NCBI RefSeq assembly: GCF_964204865.1 | Contig: NC_135258.1 | Span: forward strand, 10,602,001-10,666,000 | DNA length: 64,000 nucleotides | From: Styela clava | Taxonomy: Eukaryota | Direction: 5' to 3' | In this document: positions 39,065 to 51,753 of the stretch, one piece after another | Layout: each line of letters starts with the position of its first letter | Position numbering within the stretch: position 1 is the stretch's first letter | Notes under the pieces: model-generated | Databases searched by the model: none | Seen by the model: only the letters and a program-made list of their open reading frames with translations | What the model was told of the DNA's origin: nothing | Translations under genes and position numbers: made by a program

Positions 39065-39770
39065 CTATATAAAAACAAAAATTTGTGAGAAAAGTTACGT
39101 TATCAACCGGGCTACAAGAAATAAAAAATCAGGAATATGGAAAAAAATACATATTTCCCATTACAGAACAATTCGATGAGGGATCGCAGTTTTCCTTTTT
39201 AACTACCAAATCACAATAGCTAAATACATCATTCAGGTCATTACGTAGAAAGCTTTTCAGGTTGCACTACCCGCAATGGTTGTGGTCAAAATGCATTGCA
39301 TTTATACCAACACTAAAAAAAGTTATAACTCCTAATGTGACACAATTACTCCAGTTCTTGCATACTATCTAAAATCTATGTTAAACCGTTTTGATTCTGT
39401 AACCGAGTACAAGAGACTTGTAAAATCTATCCTACTACCTTTTGCATCACTGAAATCAGCTTATTGCTAATGACGATTAAATCTCGGTGGACGGTGACGT
39501 TACCGTGTGTGACGGTTCGAACTCTTGTTAATTAGCGGTCTATATATTCACGTAAAGCCTGGAAGTTAGCGATCGATGTTTCAATGGTTTGATTGAAATG
39601 TCAAAGGAGACATCCCATTGATTGTGAATTAGCAGCACCAAGACCTATAGTTTTCCGATAGTGCGGTAATTCGTTAACCATTAGCGATAACCTTTTTATT
39701 GCAAGTTATTGGAAAAAAGGTTGCGTCTTTGGAATCAAAATCAATTTTAATCAAAAAGTGTACCTGCTAT

Positions 39771-41145
39771 TATTATTAGGTGTAGGAAGTGGCTGTTTTA
39801 CTGACAGAAATCTCGAAGTATCTGATACTACACCGAAGATAATGACAATACCAGTTTTAACTCTTGCGGTTCTTCAAGTTGAGTCAGACCTGTCCGTATT
39901 TGAGTATTCATTTATAAATATCTGCCAGATCTAGGCGGCAACCAATCCCTATTATAATATATATATAGTATTCGAAAAAATACAACCAAAAATCGCTTTC
40001 AATAACTTCCAAAAATAACTTACGTAACACAGAATATTCTTACGAAACTACATTAACTCAACCTCTAGCTGCTCTATGACGTTATAACAAATTAGGCCCG
40101 TAATTCTGTTCGTCTGCCTCGCGTTCTGAGACAAATAATTAATCCCAAATTAATTATTCAGGTGCAACCGAGGCCACTGCCCTACGAACTCTCGAAAATA
40201 TGTTTTTTTCCGGAAACATGCAATGCATGAGTATTCAATCAGTGGGGTTTGCAATGTAAATGGCTATGAACAGCTATAGTTTGATTTGGGGAAAACTATA
40301 CAATGTGTGTAGATTGAAGTGGGTTAAACAAACGTTATAGGATCGTCATGAAAATGATCTTTTGCGATCATAGTTAATGCAACTAATAAAAGATGTTTGT
40401 AATTGGTCAAATACGTAATTCTAATGAATCGATTTTCTGGTAAGGAAATAAATGTAAAAACATCTACTAGTATAGGTAGCCTGTTTTTTTTCAAGATTAC
40501 ATTAAATAGCGCACGACCGAACCTGAAGACTGGAACGCCGCGTTATTAGTATATTTAAATTGACAGATTCCAAAAATGCTTTTAGATTACAGCCCTTAAT
40601 CTTTATCTCCTCTTCAAATAATCTCTTTTGTATTGAAATTGCAAAGTACCGTCCGACTTGAGAATACTCATCCATTCGGCCAAGAGACAAAAGATTAATT
40701 TTGACTAAGACTTGAGATACGCCAGAAACATATGGCTTTAGAAATCCACAATGCCCTATAGAGCTTCAATACATTTAGTTTTAAAATTAATTGTATGAGA
40801 AGCGTAATGGAAACCGATTTTCGTGTCAATTGTGATCCCTGGGGAGTGTAAAATGGTCACGCTAAATCCTGTTTTCTTTTCCTGACTGTCACATGCAAGC
40901 AGTATATTTTATCGAATTTTGTGGTAAATATGAAAGCAAACGTGCTTTTTTGACCCGATCTTATTTGAAAATATAACATATGGTGGTATTTTAACTTGAA
41001 TACAGAAATTTCTACACAATTAGAATTGAGTTTAATGAACACAAGTATGCAAGAGTTAAAATTGTTATTGTCATTATCTTTAGTGTAGTATCAGATACAT
41101 CGAGATATCTGTCAATAAAACAGCCACTCCCTACATCTAATAATA
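39771..41145. mobile_element. About 97-bp inverted repeat pair (39771-39867 / 41049-41145), MITE/foldback-like
   Basis: tattattaggtgtaggaagtggctgtttt...ttaactcttgc is the near reverse complement of gcaagagttaa...aaacagccactccctacatctaataata. Confidence 0.75.
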
Positions 41146-44100
41146 GTACATCCCCTGCATTGGAATGTGTCTACATGGCAGCTCGATAAACCTTTCAGGA
41201 CGCCATTTAAACGATCCATTTCCATAAGGTAACAGAAGTATATTAAAATTACTTTAGGTTCCGTAAATGTGGATTGTTATTATATTTGTATATTGTGTGT
41301 GTTTTTATTTGAGGTTTCTTCATAGTGCCTTTGTTGACCATTATTTCGTTAAATTCTATTTTTAACAATCGAGTCATAAAATATTCGAATAATATAAACC
41401 ATAACTTTCAAATCGAAAAATCAATAAATATCAACAAAATATTCTCATATCGCTATATGAGATTATATCAGATTATTACAAATTAAAGTAAACGTTCATC
41501 AGGCGATCTAAACGATTACAGACGTATACACCAAATTTGAGTTCTTTAGCCACGCCAAAGCAAAAATAAAAGTCTGTTGCCATTACCAACGTCTGACAAA
41601 ACGAATACGCTTGGATTAGAAGTAATCTATCGTGATACTCAAGTGGTGAGAAATACGGCACTTTGGAATGTTTTTTTTAATCACGATTAAGCAAATGAGA
41701 CAAGTGGTATGTGGGAATCTACATTTTGAAAGACCTAGAATTTTTCTTGCTCTGTCAAAATCTCACCCAAATTACAACTTGAGTGATGTGGTGGTCATGA
41801 GATTTACAACCGATGTTTTTAAATCTGCGACATTTATTGTTCTTAGATCCAACGCACTGACAATAATGTCAACGGGAATTACTCTTTACCCACTTTGTGA
41901 TCCATACTGCGATCCGGGATTGCAATGGTCAATCCGTCTTATTTAATCAATTTGTTGAACTCGAGGGTGATTTTTCTAAACTTACATTATCAATGATTAA
42001 TGTTAAGTATTTCGTAGATTTTCGCTACTCGCGGCTAAGACGGTTCTTCACACATTAATTATGAAATACACACACTGATCCTTGCGAATTTTTCGACAAT
42101 CATGAACCAAAAAAAGAGGAAAGTTTATCGCCAAAAGAAACCAATTTACTCAACGTTGTGCTTTCAATGACTAGGACGAAGTCATCGCGCGAGATTGTTC
42201 CTAAAATGTTATTTGAATGATGACGCAACAGTTATAAAGACAATTCTAAGCTCTGCGCGCGAACTCTCTTTTGGTAACGTTTGATAAAATACGTTAAATG
42301 TTCTTTCGCCGGGTGGATGTTGTGTGCAAAATGTTTTTACTTCTGTCGTTTATATTATATAATTCTCTTTTTTGTAAGATTCATATTTACTCGTTACGCT
42401 CCGAGCGATGTGTTAGGAGCTACAGCTAATTGTAAGGAACAAAATCTTCCCAGTTCAGTACCGCCTATACGACTACCCAATTTATCACACCTTGGAAAAA
42501 ATGAGGGGCATAGGACTCGAATCCGAAATGTGTTATCCTCGATGCCAACTCAGCCTAACGCGTTATTCGCTATGCAAACTCGTCGCTCGTGTATTTCGCG
42601 TATTTGCTGCAAGTACCTTGATTAAATCAGAATTCTGTGTATTTGATATATTGCAATTGGTATGTCACGTTATGTTGATAGGCGTTAAATAACACATCGA
42701 CCGACCGATAACGTCAGTATCTCTTTCTCGATGCAAGTAGCTGAGTTCAAGTATGCGTTTCTTTTTTCATTTATTTTATAATTAATATTGTCGGCTGTCT
42801 CTGCGCCTGATGAGACGAGCGCTTCAAAAATATCATAATCCTGATAACATCTATCATGGATGAAACAATCAATGACAGCAATTCCCCTGTGTATTAATAT
42901 AATCTTTTCAAACGAAATTGTCTCAAGATAAAATACACGGATACTCGATACGATCTTTTGTGAATTACATATATTTTATTTTACTTTTAGTAGGAAGAAC
43001 AATGACTTTATTTAATGAACTTGAAGACATAGAATTATTTTTCACCTATTTGTGGGACATTTATTTCAGATTGCTCAAATTTGGTTCAAAACCACAGGAA
43101 AACGAATGCGTTTTATCATGTTTTATTGATATGACTCGGGCGCGAACTAACCTTCCAAGTAGGTGAAGCTGTTTTTTTGAATAGCGGCAACAGGTATTTC
43201 GCCATATATATATATATGCTGATCGAGTTAAATAAATAGTATTAGAAGATTTCAAAATTCACTTTTTGTTCTAAATTTTTATATTGTTCGCAAGAAATTG
43301 AAAAGTCTTTATATGAAATCAATATTACGTTGATTCTAATAATATAATTCAGATTTTTGAATAATATATTTTTTGTATATATTTTTAGAATACCTGATGA
43401 TTTATTGGCAAAAGCAGGAAGTTCATTGCAAAAAGGCTGTCATAAAGTAGAGAATCTCAGTTCATTCCATTTATTAGGATCATAAGTTAGTTAAAAAAAT
43501 CGAATGTACCAAATATTATATTTGCTCGAGTAAATTTTCTGTAAAACTGTCATTTACATTTTTTGAAATGTAATGACAGAATGTGAAAAATACACATTTT
43601 TAACGTTTAGGGGGGTTTAGCTGCGCTCCCGGTATGAGGATGAACAGTTAGTTCACTATGAATGCAACAGAAAAAGAATAATGAAAAACTTTTCATTAAC
43701 TCATGAACTAAACACGCTATACACTATGGCGTCATTAGATTGGTCAACGTTTGTCAACGAACAAATACACAAAATGTTCAATCATTGGTTGGTTCTCTTA
43801 TTTATATTCGGTACGACTGTATAGGGTGGTGAAAACAAGACTATTGGACAAAAGTAGTTGCATTTACAGAATTATATTAATATCTACAATATGTTATATT
43901 CACATTATTTATCTCACTACTCCCGCGAATTTTTTTAAAATGAAGTTGTTGGTTTATAATTTAATACACTCACAATTTTATCGTCATTATTGAGAAGGTT
44001 TAACATTATGTAGGAAAAAATCCAATTGAAAAATTATAAATAGGTCACAAGAATAACTTACTTGTTGCTCAAATTTGAATCGTCGATGTGTTCTTTCCAT

Positions 44101-47100
44101 TTAATCCAAGACAGTGTTGACATTATCTTATTTTACCCACGAAACTAGTCTATTTCTACTGTTTAGCTCTCTATTTTTATTAATGAAATTTGTAATACCA
44201 TTGAATTGAAAATAAAACCTATTACAGAGCTCTCGTGAAGTATTGCATTGTGTAATACTTGACTTTTCGTATTAGGATTTCAATATATATTGTTAATCTA
44301 CTGATTAATAGCTATTTATTGCTCTTTTCTTCGAAAAACAATAGAAAAATTGGAAGTAGAATTCACTAAAAACGAATAAATTGCATCACGTTATATCACT
44401 AATAGGAATCGATTTTTTTTTATACTTTTTCTGTTTAACGTATTATTATTATTAATCAGTCTGATTCAGCAATAATTAGAATGAAATAGATCATTGTAAC
44501 TTTACGCACTATGAAATGATAAAAAGGTAATGCAACTTTCACCTAATTCTGCCTAGTTTATGTCCCATTCGATTCTTGAAATAAGATTTAGGTTTATCTT
44601 ATGTGGGACCATACAACAGAGGTGTTTCTGTCTATAATAAAACAGGAGGGATAAACCGCCATTCCTACAAAGAGTTACATGACGGTATTTATCACTTTTC
44701 TTAAACAGCAAACTTCCGTCATTTAATGTCATCGTCAAGCGATCCCAGATCAATTTTCAAAACATCCATGATGCTATTATTTAGAATGTCGTTTTCCAGA
44801 TTCTCCCACGCCACGTTAACATTGTAAGATGCTCTAGCAGCACTGACTCTAGCAAACGTTTTTTATGGGATATACTCGTATTATATTCTTGCGGTGATAC
44901 TCGTTTACATGGGCCTAATTGGCGACATAAAATATTAATGTTAGCTTTGTCTGCTTCGTAATTGGTGTTAACAAAATTTGAAAAAATACTCAAGAAATTT
45001 TACTAGACGGGACAGACAATATCTTTACAAGATCTTTTTGGGAAAAATAAATGAATTTCGGAACTAATCTTCGCAAAGAATTGGAATTTTATTATTCCCT
45101 GGTGACAAAAGAATGGATATTTTCTGGATGAACGATTGTTTTCTACCGATCAAGGCATCTAATACTGTCAGATTACGAAACAATAATGGATATTATCACA
45201 CCATGTTAGATATGCTATGATAACAAAAGAAAATTTAGTCATAAGATCAATTTCCACCAAAAAGAAATTTTATTCTCTGGTCGAGTCATGGTTTTTGAGA
45301 GTGCGCCACACATCGATAGCACTTTTGATATATGAATATTTGGTGGTGTTTTCACATTAAACAATGAATTAAAAATATCCACTTGTACGTAGGTAGCTAT
45401 TATTTTTTGAAATATTATTAATTTGGAGCACCACATTGGTCTAAAAATTGAAGCAATGTCATTGAATCGTTAGCGAACAGTTTGCTGTAGCACATATTTC
45501 AATTGCAAATAAATCAAAATTGAATTACCTATATAGACAATCACGCTTCCAAATACATTTTACCGAATAAAAGTGGTTTATATCATGATTTTCATAAATT
45601 TCAATAAAAATTTCAAATGAAAGTTTTTTGAAAAATAGTTTTATAGAATTATTTTTATTTTCCGTGGTAAATGGCTATTTATTACATACGCTTTGCACAA
45701 AATGAATAGTAAACTCACTGGTTTCTATCTATCTGATCTGGATTTCTAAACTCTCAAATTGAAATGCTTCAAAGACCTGAAGCCACAATAGAATATATTG
45801 TTATAATGATAATCTTCTTTTCATATCAATATTTTTGAATAAAAACCTTTAGGAATAATAACTTTAATATTTTAGAAAGCATTGCACTGAAAAACACGAA
45901 TCTTAGAGGCCATTGCCATAACCTTTTCTAATCAGGCTTATTGCAGCGCAGATATGAATAGCACTGGCCTGAAATTACATTTGAATATTTCAAAACTCCG
46001 TCGTAATTAGGGGGGAAGAAAACAAAGTGTAGTAGAACAAAGCTCGTTTCTCAATTATTATCTTTAACAAAAATAATAGGACAAATTTTGCTCAAATCGT
46101 TGGAAAATAGTATAAAGTACTAAACACACGCAGAGCACACGAGAATTGAAAATATATGTATAGTGGATCATTCTTTAATTGTGAGTGTTTCTACGCCATT
46201 TACTTTCGCATGACCGGGTACAACAAATTAAATCTGAAAACCAATTAGTAAATGACCACTTGATTAATTGGATTAAATGATAGGAGAAAGGAAAGGAGAA
46301 ATTGCCCGAATGATTGTCTCGTTCTGCTGCTGATCAATGGCGCATTACAATTTGCATCAAAATAAACTCAAAATTAGTTTTATGACAAAGTTTTATGATT
46401 TATTAATACCATTACAATTCGTTCTAGATTGAAAGCAAGTAACTATTTTATAATCGTCCAAAGACTAAAAATTCACAGGGCAACATTATTGGTTAATTGC
46501 TAATTTTTCAATTCCGTCCTAATTGGTTTAACAACACGAACAAGATTTAGAACTTCGAATTTATAATAACGAATCCTTCAGGATCATTTATACGATTGCT
46601 TATTATTTTAATTTATTCGATAAGTTACTGTATAAAATTTACTGTTGATAAGTAAATACACAGTGTCAACCTCATAATCTATGACCTGTCGCACTCGTTG
46701 TATTCCCTTTTGACCTAAATTATTCATATTGACAGGATGATTCTCGTTGGTTTTGTAAAAAGTGATTGCAAAAAGACAAATCGCAATTGAAACGAGTTGG
46801 CTTCGAAAACTACGTTAATTGTGTATTGAATTATTAAGATGGCGACAACATCTTTGCCAAAGAATATAGATAAAACATGCTTAGCTATGATATTATTTCC
46901 GAATTTATATAGGAAAAATAACAAAAGGTAAAAGTATAACAACTTAAAGATTCAAAACTTCATTCTTCAGTAACAAAAAATATACACATAACAATGCACA
47001 GATAGGATTAAAATGAAAATTAAGGTAACAACATCGAACTGTTCATCAATTCATGACAATCCTTAGAGACTGTAAAATAAATAGGTTGGTATTCTCAGTA

Positions 47101-49036
47101 TGGCATATGTACCTATGCGAGGTTGAAAGTTCTCTGTAGATATACCTACATATTCATTACAAATAGGAATATCGGCAAGGTATCGGTTATTTTGGGGGTC
47201 GAGTATTTTATAAATGAAGCCGCAGTCTCGAATCTGAATTGAAATTGATATCAACGTACTTGATATATCTTCAGTACCTGGAGAATTGAAAACCACGCCA
47301 TCAATATGTTACACAATATTTTGAAAATATTGGAATCAGACAAATCGAAAATAATTACCATTATTAAGTATAGAATTATCGGCAAAGTTAGAGATATAGT
47401 CTTGGCATGATAATCTGCCAAAACTCTGTTCTTATCCTGGTTGCATGTTTATAGCACAAGAGTTTTAAAAGCGCTCATATTTCTATAAATGGATGAGTTC
47501 CGAAGAGTTCTTGTATCCGAATGAGTGTGGAAAATTTAATCCAACTTATATACGGTTTTATGCTATTTCATATAGTTTGCTTACATAGTCTATTTATACT
47601 GTTTGTTTTTTCTTAATGTCAATTTTGAAATAAAAAAAATTTCTACTTCTCATTTTATTAGGGGGATACAAAATATACGAGTCAAAATTTCTTATGGAAA
47701 AATACATTTTTCATAACAATTTCACACCAGTGACGCATGCATATATTGACTGTGAAGTCATAGGATTAAAAATTCAATCTTGGCAAGACATAAATAAGAA
47801 CCGACATAATATGACAACAGATAGATAATCAATATCGCGAGACTTGGGAGATCATTGAGTTTCTTTAAATCGTCACGGATCATTGCAAGGTAGATCTTCC
47901 GGTCAAATGTGGGTGTAGAATGAAACCACCCGTTCCACAAAATGATTCATGTGGTATGATTTTGTTGTAACTTTTCCCCATTTCTTCCAGATTACAATAT
48001 AAATATTCATAATGAATATCTTGCACACACGTTGTTTGATATTTGTTGGAGATTGATGAAGTTTCCAGGATATTCCTCGTACGAGATTATTTATCCATTA
48101 ATTGCTCACATGTTAGTCATTGGCGTTAATGAATAAAGACTGCAACTTTTTTTTTATTGTACATTATTTTAAATGAGTCGAGTTAAATTAAAAATTTGTG
48201 ATTGGTTTTATTGTATCGAATGGTTGATTTGTGGTATGGTAACACTGTATGAGACGCATCAAAAGAAACTTGGTAGAAAATATAACGATATAATATTAAA
48301 CATAATTTTTTTAGCGTTGAAATTTCAGTGTGCAATTTAAATATTAAGTCGGTGTGTTTCATTAGCGTTTTACTTGGCAAACCGTTTTGTTTCAAAAGTT
48401 TTAAATCTCGGACTACGCAATTTTTCAAATAATTGACAAGACGTGCACTCAATATTCCTGGTAAATTGACGCGCAACTCAAAATTAATATATTATTCAGA
48501 ATATAAAATGCGATAATGCAGAAGAGGTGTTTTAATATTTTAGAGGTGTAAAGAAAATAAGTTTTTTTTTTCCTAAAAAGTTTTTTTCGCACACATCTCC
48601 TTTGCAATAAAAATATTAGAGCAGTGGCCTCCAACCTGAGGGTCGCGAAGGTCTTGCAAAACAGTAGAAAATAATACAAAGCATTAGGTTAGATATTGTC
48701 AACATAATGCGAGGAAGTCTTGAAGGGACTTTCGTTTGCTTTCGAAAGATTTCCACTAGATGTCGTGAGACCCCAGAATATTGCTTCTTGCTTGAAAACC
48801 AAGCAAGGGGCGCTAGATGTTTATGGCATGTTAGCCATTGTGACGTCACACGAACTCTTCTGCATTTTTGCGCGTCGCGATGCGGTAAACATGCGGGCTT
48901 CGAGGCAATGCTATGGAACGCCGGGATTTCTATATCGGGGGGTTTACTGCAGGGTTGGCTTGTAGTCTATGTTGTTTCAACGTGAAGATTATCATACATC
49001 CTGCAGTAACGATATAATTCCGTTATTTTATTTACC

Positions 49037-49249
49037 ATGGCGAAAAAGCGACAATATGAGGAAGACTATTTAAAGTTTGGTTTTACATCCTACGTCATCA
49101 GCGGTATTGAGAAGCCGCAGTGTGTCTTGTGAAATGTCGTTCTCAGTGCTGAATCCATGGAACCGTCCAAATTGAAACGTCATTTGGAGACTAAGCATTC
49201 CAAAGACACCACGAAGAAGTTGGAATTTTTTCGACGACATGGACCCGGT
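49037..49249 (+). pseudogene. N-terminal zinc-finger region of a ZBED5/SCAND3-like hAT transposase
   Basis: MAKKRQYEEDYLKFGFTSYVISGIEKPQCVL*NVVLSAESMEPSKLKRHLETKH. A stop replaces the second Cys of the CxxC. Confidence 0.85.
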
Positions 49250-49257
49250 CTAGGATG

Positions 49258-49727
49258 ATATATATGGGTCTACTATAGTTTAGTACCACAATTACTTCGG
49301 GTGGGCGTTGCGTAACGAATTTTGCATATGCTATTCCTAACCCCCACCTGACTATGCCATCCAAAAATTACGTCACTACGACGTCACCATCACGTCATAG
49401 GGATTGCCAAAGTGTAACTACGATCGCCCGAAATAACATCTGCGCCGCCGATAACGAACTTGCTGAAGCCGACGATCTCTCTCCTATCGTGATCGTTGTG
49501 ATGAGAAAACGTGAGAGATTGATTGCTCGATTTCGGGTGATCGTCTGCGCGTTTTGGACGACCATCCGCATACTTCGGTGGGCCTTATTACGCCACTGTG
49601 ACGTCGAAATGACATAATTTTTCGGTGACGTAGTCAGGTGGGGGTTAGGATTGACATATGCAAAAATTGTTGAGCCAGGTCAACTAGAAGTACATGTGGT
49701 ACTAAACTATACCAGACCCATATATAT
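49258..49727. mobile_element. MITE with about 110-bp imperfect TIRs, inserted in a (TA)n site
   Basis: atatatatgggtct..tagtttagtaccaca..cctaacccccacctgacta / tagtcaggtgggggttagg..tgtggtactaaacta..agacccatatatat. Confidence 0.85.
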
Positions 49728-51753
49728 GAGATTAGCTTTAGTAATAACTCAACCACGAATTACGCAGTTGGCTACGCGGTTTCAATGCCAGCCGTAATAT
49801 TGAGTGAAACTGCTGCTTGATGACAAATTAAATTACACAGTATTCAGTTTCAGGGGCGTAGCCAGGGATGGAGGGGTCTGGACTGCGGCAGAATGTGTAA
49901 AAACGACGACTAATAGGCGCGACTTGCCACGCGCCGAATAAGCGCATAAAACTTTATGGCTCCGGATGCCGTCAAGTAGAACCGACGTGATTGTGACTGA
50001 ATAAGGCGATTTGTGGAACTTTCCCCGACCTTTGACCCCCTTGAATTTCTTCCTATACTTTACCATCGCAAAATTTTCGGTGCTTATTTAAAGAATGGTT
50101 ATGCGAGTTGGCGCCTGTAAAATGGGGTATTTTGCTTCAAAGCATTATTCTGATTCATAGCATTCAACAATCTGTTTTGTAAAAGTAGCGGTGAGGAATT
50201 TTAGCCTAGTTTATTGCAGCTATTTCTACACTAATTTTTTATTACTGCAGTTAAACTGAAACTTCTAAATCTATAAGAAGACAAAGTGATCATTGAATTA
50301 TTTGATTTACATTTAAATATCCGAAACAGAACTAAAAATTAACGAATAGATTTCAAAAACGAGGTAATGTTTACGACGACGCCTGAAAATCAGTCTGAGC
50401 GAGAAAAGTGTCTGAGCGGATGCGAAACACGTCACTCTTTGCATCTTGCTGATTGGCCAATGTCCCGAAGTAAACAAGTCGATGCTCGGGGAAACATCCA
50501 TTCAGTCCGCGATTTCCATTTGAAGTCCTTGTTCATGGCGAATCCTGACATATTCAGTTTCGATTTCTAGAAACATTCTGTAGCACACATAGCAATTTTT
50601 AGAACATCAGTTCTTTTAGAAACTAGCGTTCCACCTGTTGCTGCAAACTTGGCAATTACAAATTTCGGCGCTCCGAAAGTATGAAAGTATTCGTACCAAG
50701 ATGACGCACAACCTGAACCCTAACCTAGCACACACACACACACACTATTTTCATGCTGTGCGACATTTCGTACACACTTAAATTTAGCCCCCCCCCCCCC
50801 CCGCTTATTTTATTAATAAGTATAGAAAGTGAGGCACGGGGTCGCGAGGTATGTGTAAACCACCAAAGGGGCCGCGAGCCAAACAATGTTGGGAACCACT
50901 GCATTAGAGATAGTTTTAAAATCTCCCACGACATTTTATACTACTGAAGTGTATATGAAAGAAATGTACCTGGCAAGCTGTTCAATCACGCCCTAGTATA
51001 CAAGAACAAATATGTGCTGAAATTTAGAATTTATTTTTTTCATTCTAAATAAATAGTATACTTTAACAGTAATTCAATCATGAAATTTCTCGTTGTTGAC
51101 TGTTCGGCATTACGTTTGTCCTGTGTTTATTTTCATATATATATATATATTTTGCTTTATCTCAGTATCATTATCAAAGACGACAAATTTTGTGGTAAAA
51201 AAGGTTTTCCGTTCTACAATGATGCTACGAAAGAGTTAGAAACAAATTCGAAAACTAATAATCATGGAGTATTCCTAGAATCATAGTCACCAAATACAAT
51301 TTGTAGCTTTAGAGTAAAAACGGAGAAAATGGTTTAACAATTCGAAGTGATAATTTATCTATTTAATAATCATGTTTGCTTCCATCTTCAACTTTCAAGT
51401 AGTGAAAACATTAAATTAGCCGCCAAAAGAGCGATTTCATTTCCAACTAAAAGTCGCGCGATCAACATGACGATTGACGAACAACAACAACAAATGTCCA
51501 AATACTTATTTTATTTCTAAATAACCCTACATCACTCTATATAGCGCATTTACTATGTAGACACAAGGGTATGTCTGGGCGCTTATTCAAAAACTGAATA
51601 AATATGAACATTTATATAATATATATAGAGATATAACTTAAATATATATGAGGTGTTATAAAAAAAACATTTCACAATTAAGGATTTTGGTCTAAAATGT
51701 TGCTGTTGTCAAAAGATGCAATAAATCGCAATACAAGCCTATAATCGACTAAA

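Larger units (their letters stand above)
48622..50901 (+). mobile_element. hAT (Charlie-like) transposon, truncated, with nested elements
   Basis: TIR cagtggcctccaac / gttgggaaccactg. TSD tattagag / cattagag (7/8). Contains the transposase 5' end. Confidence 0.85.

Noticed and set aside
42407-42580. tRNA or tRNA-derived SINE on the minus strand (ggattcgagtcc B-box-like)
   Set aside because: No cloverleaf could be built and there is no second copy in the window.
41200-48600. Many 60-115 aa ORFs
   Set aside because: AT-rich random composition with no motifs and no consistent exon chain. Treated as intergenic.
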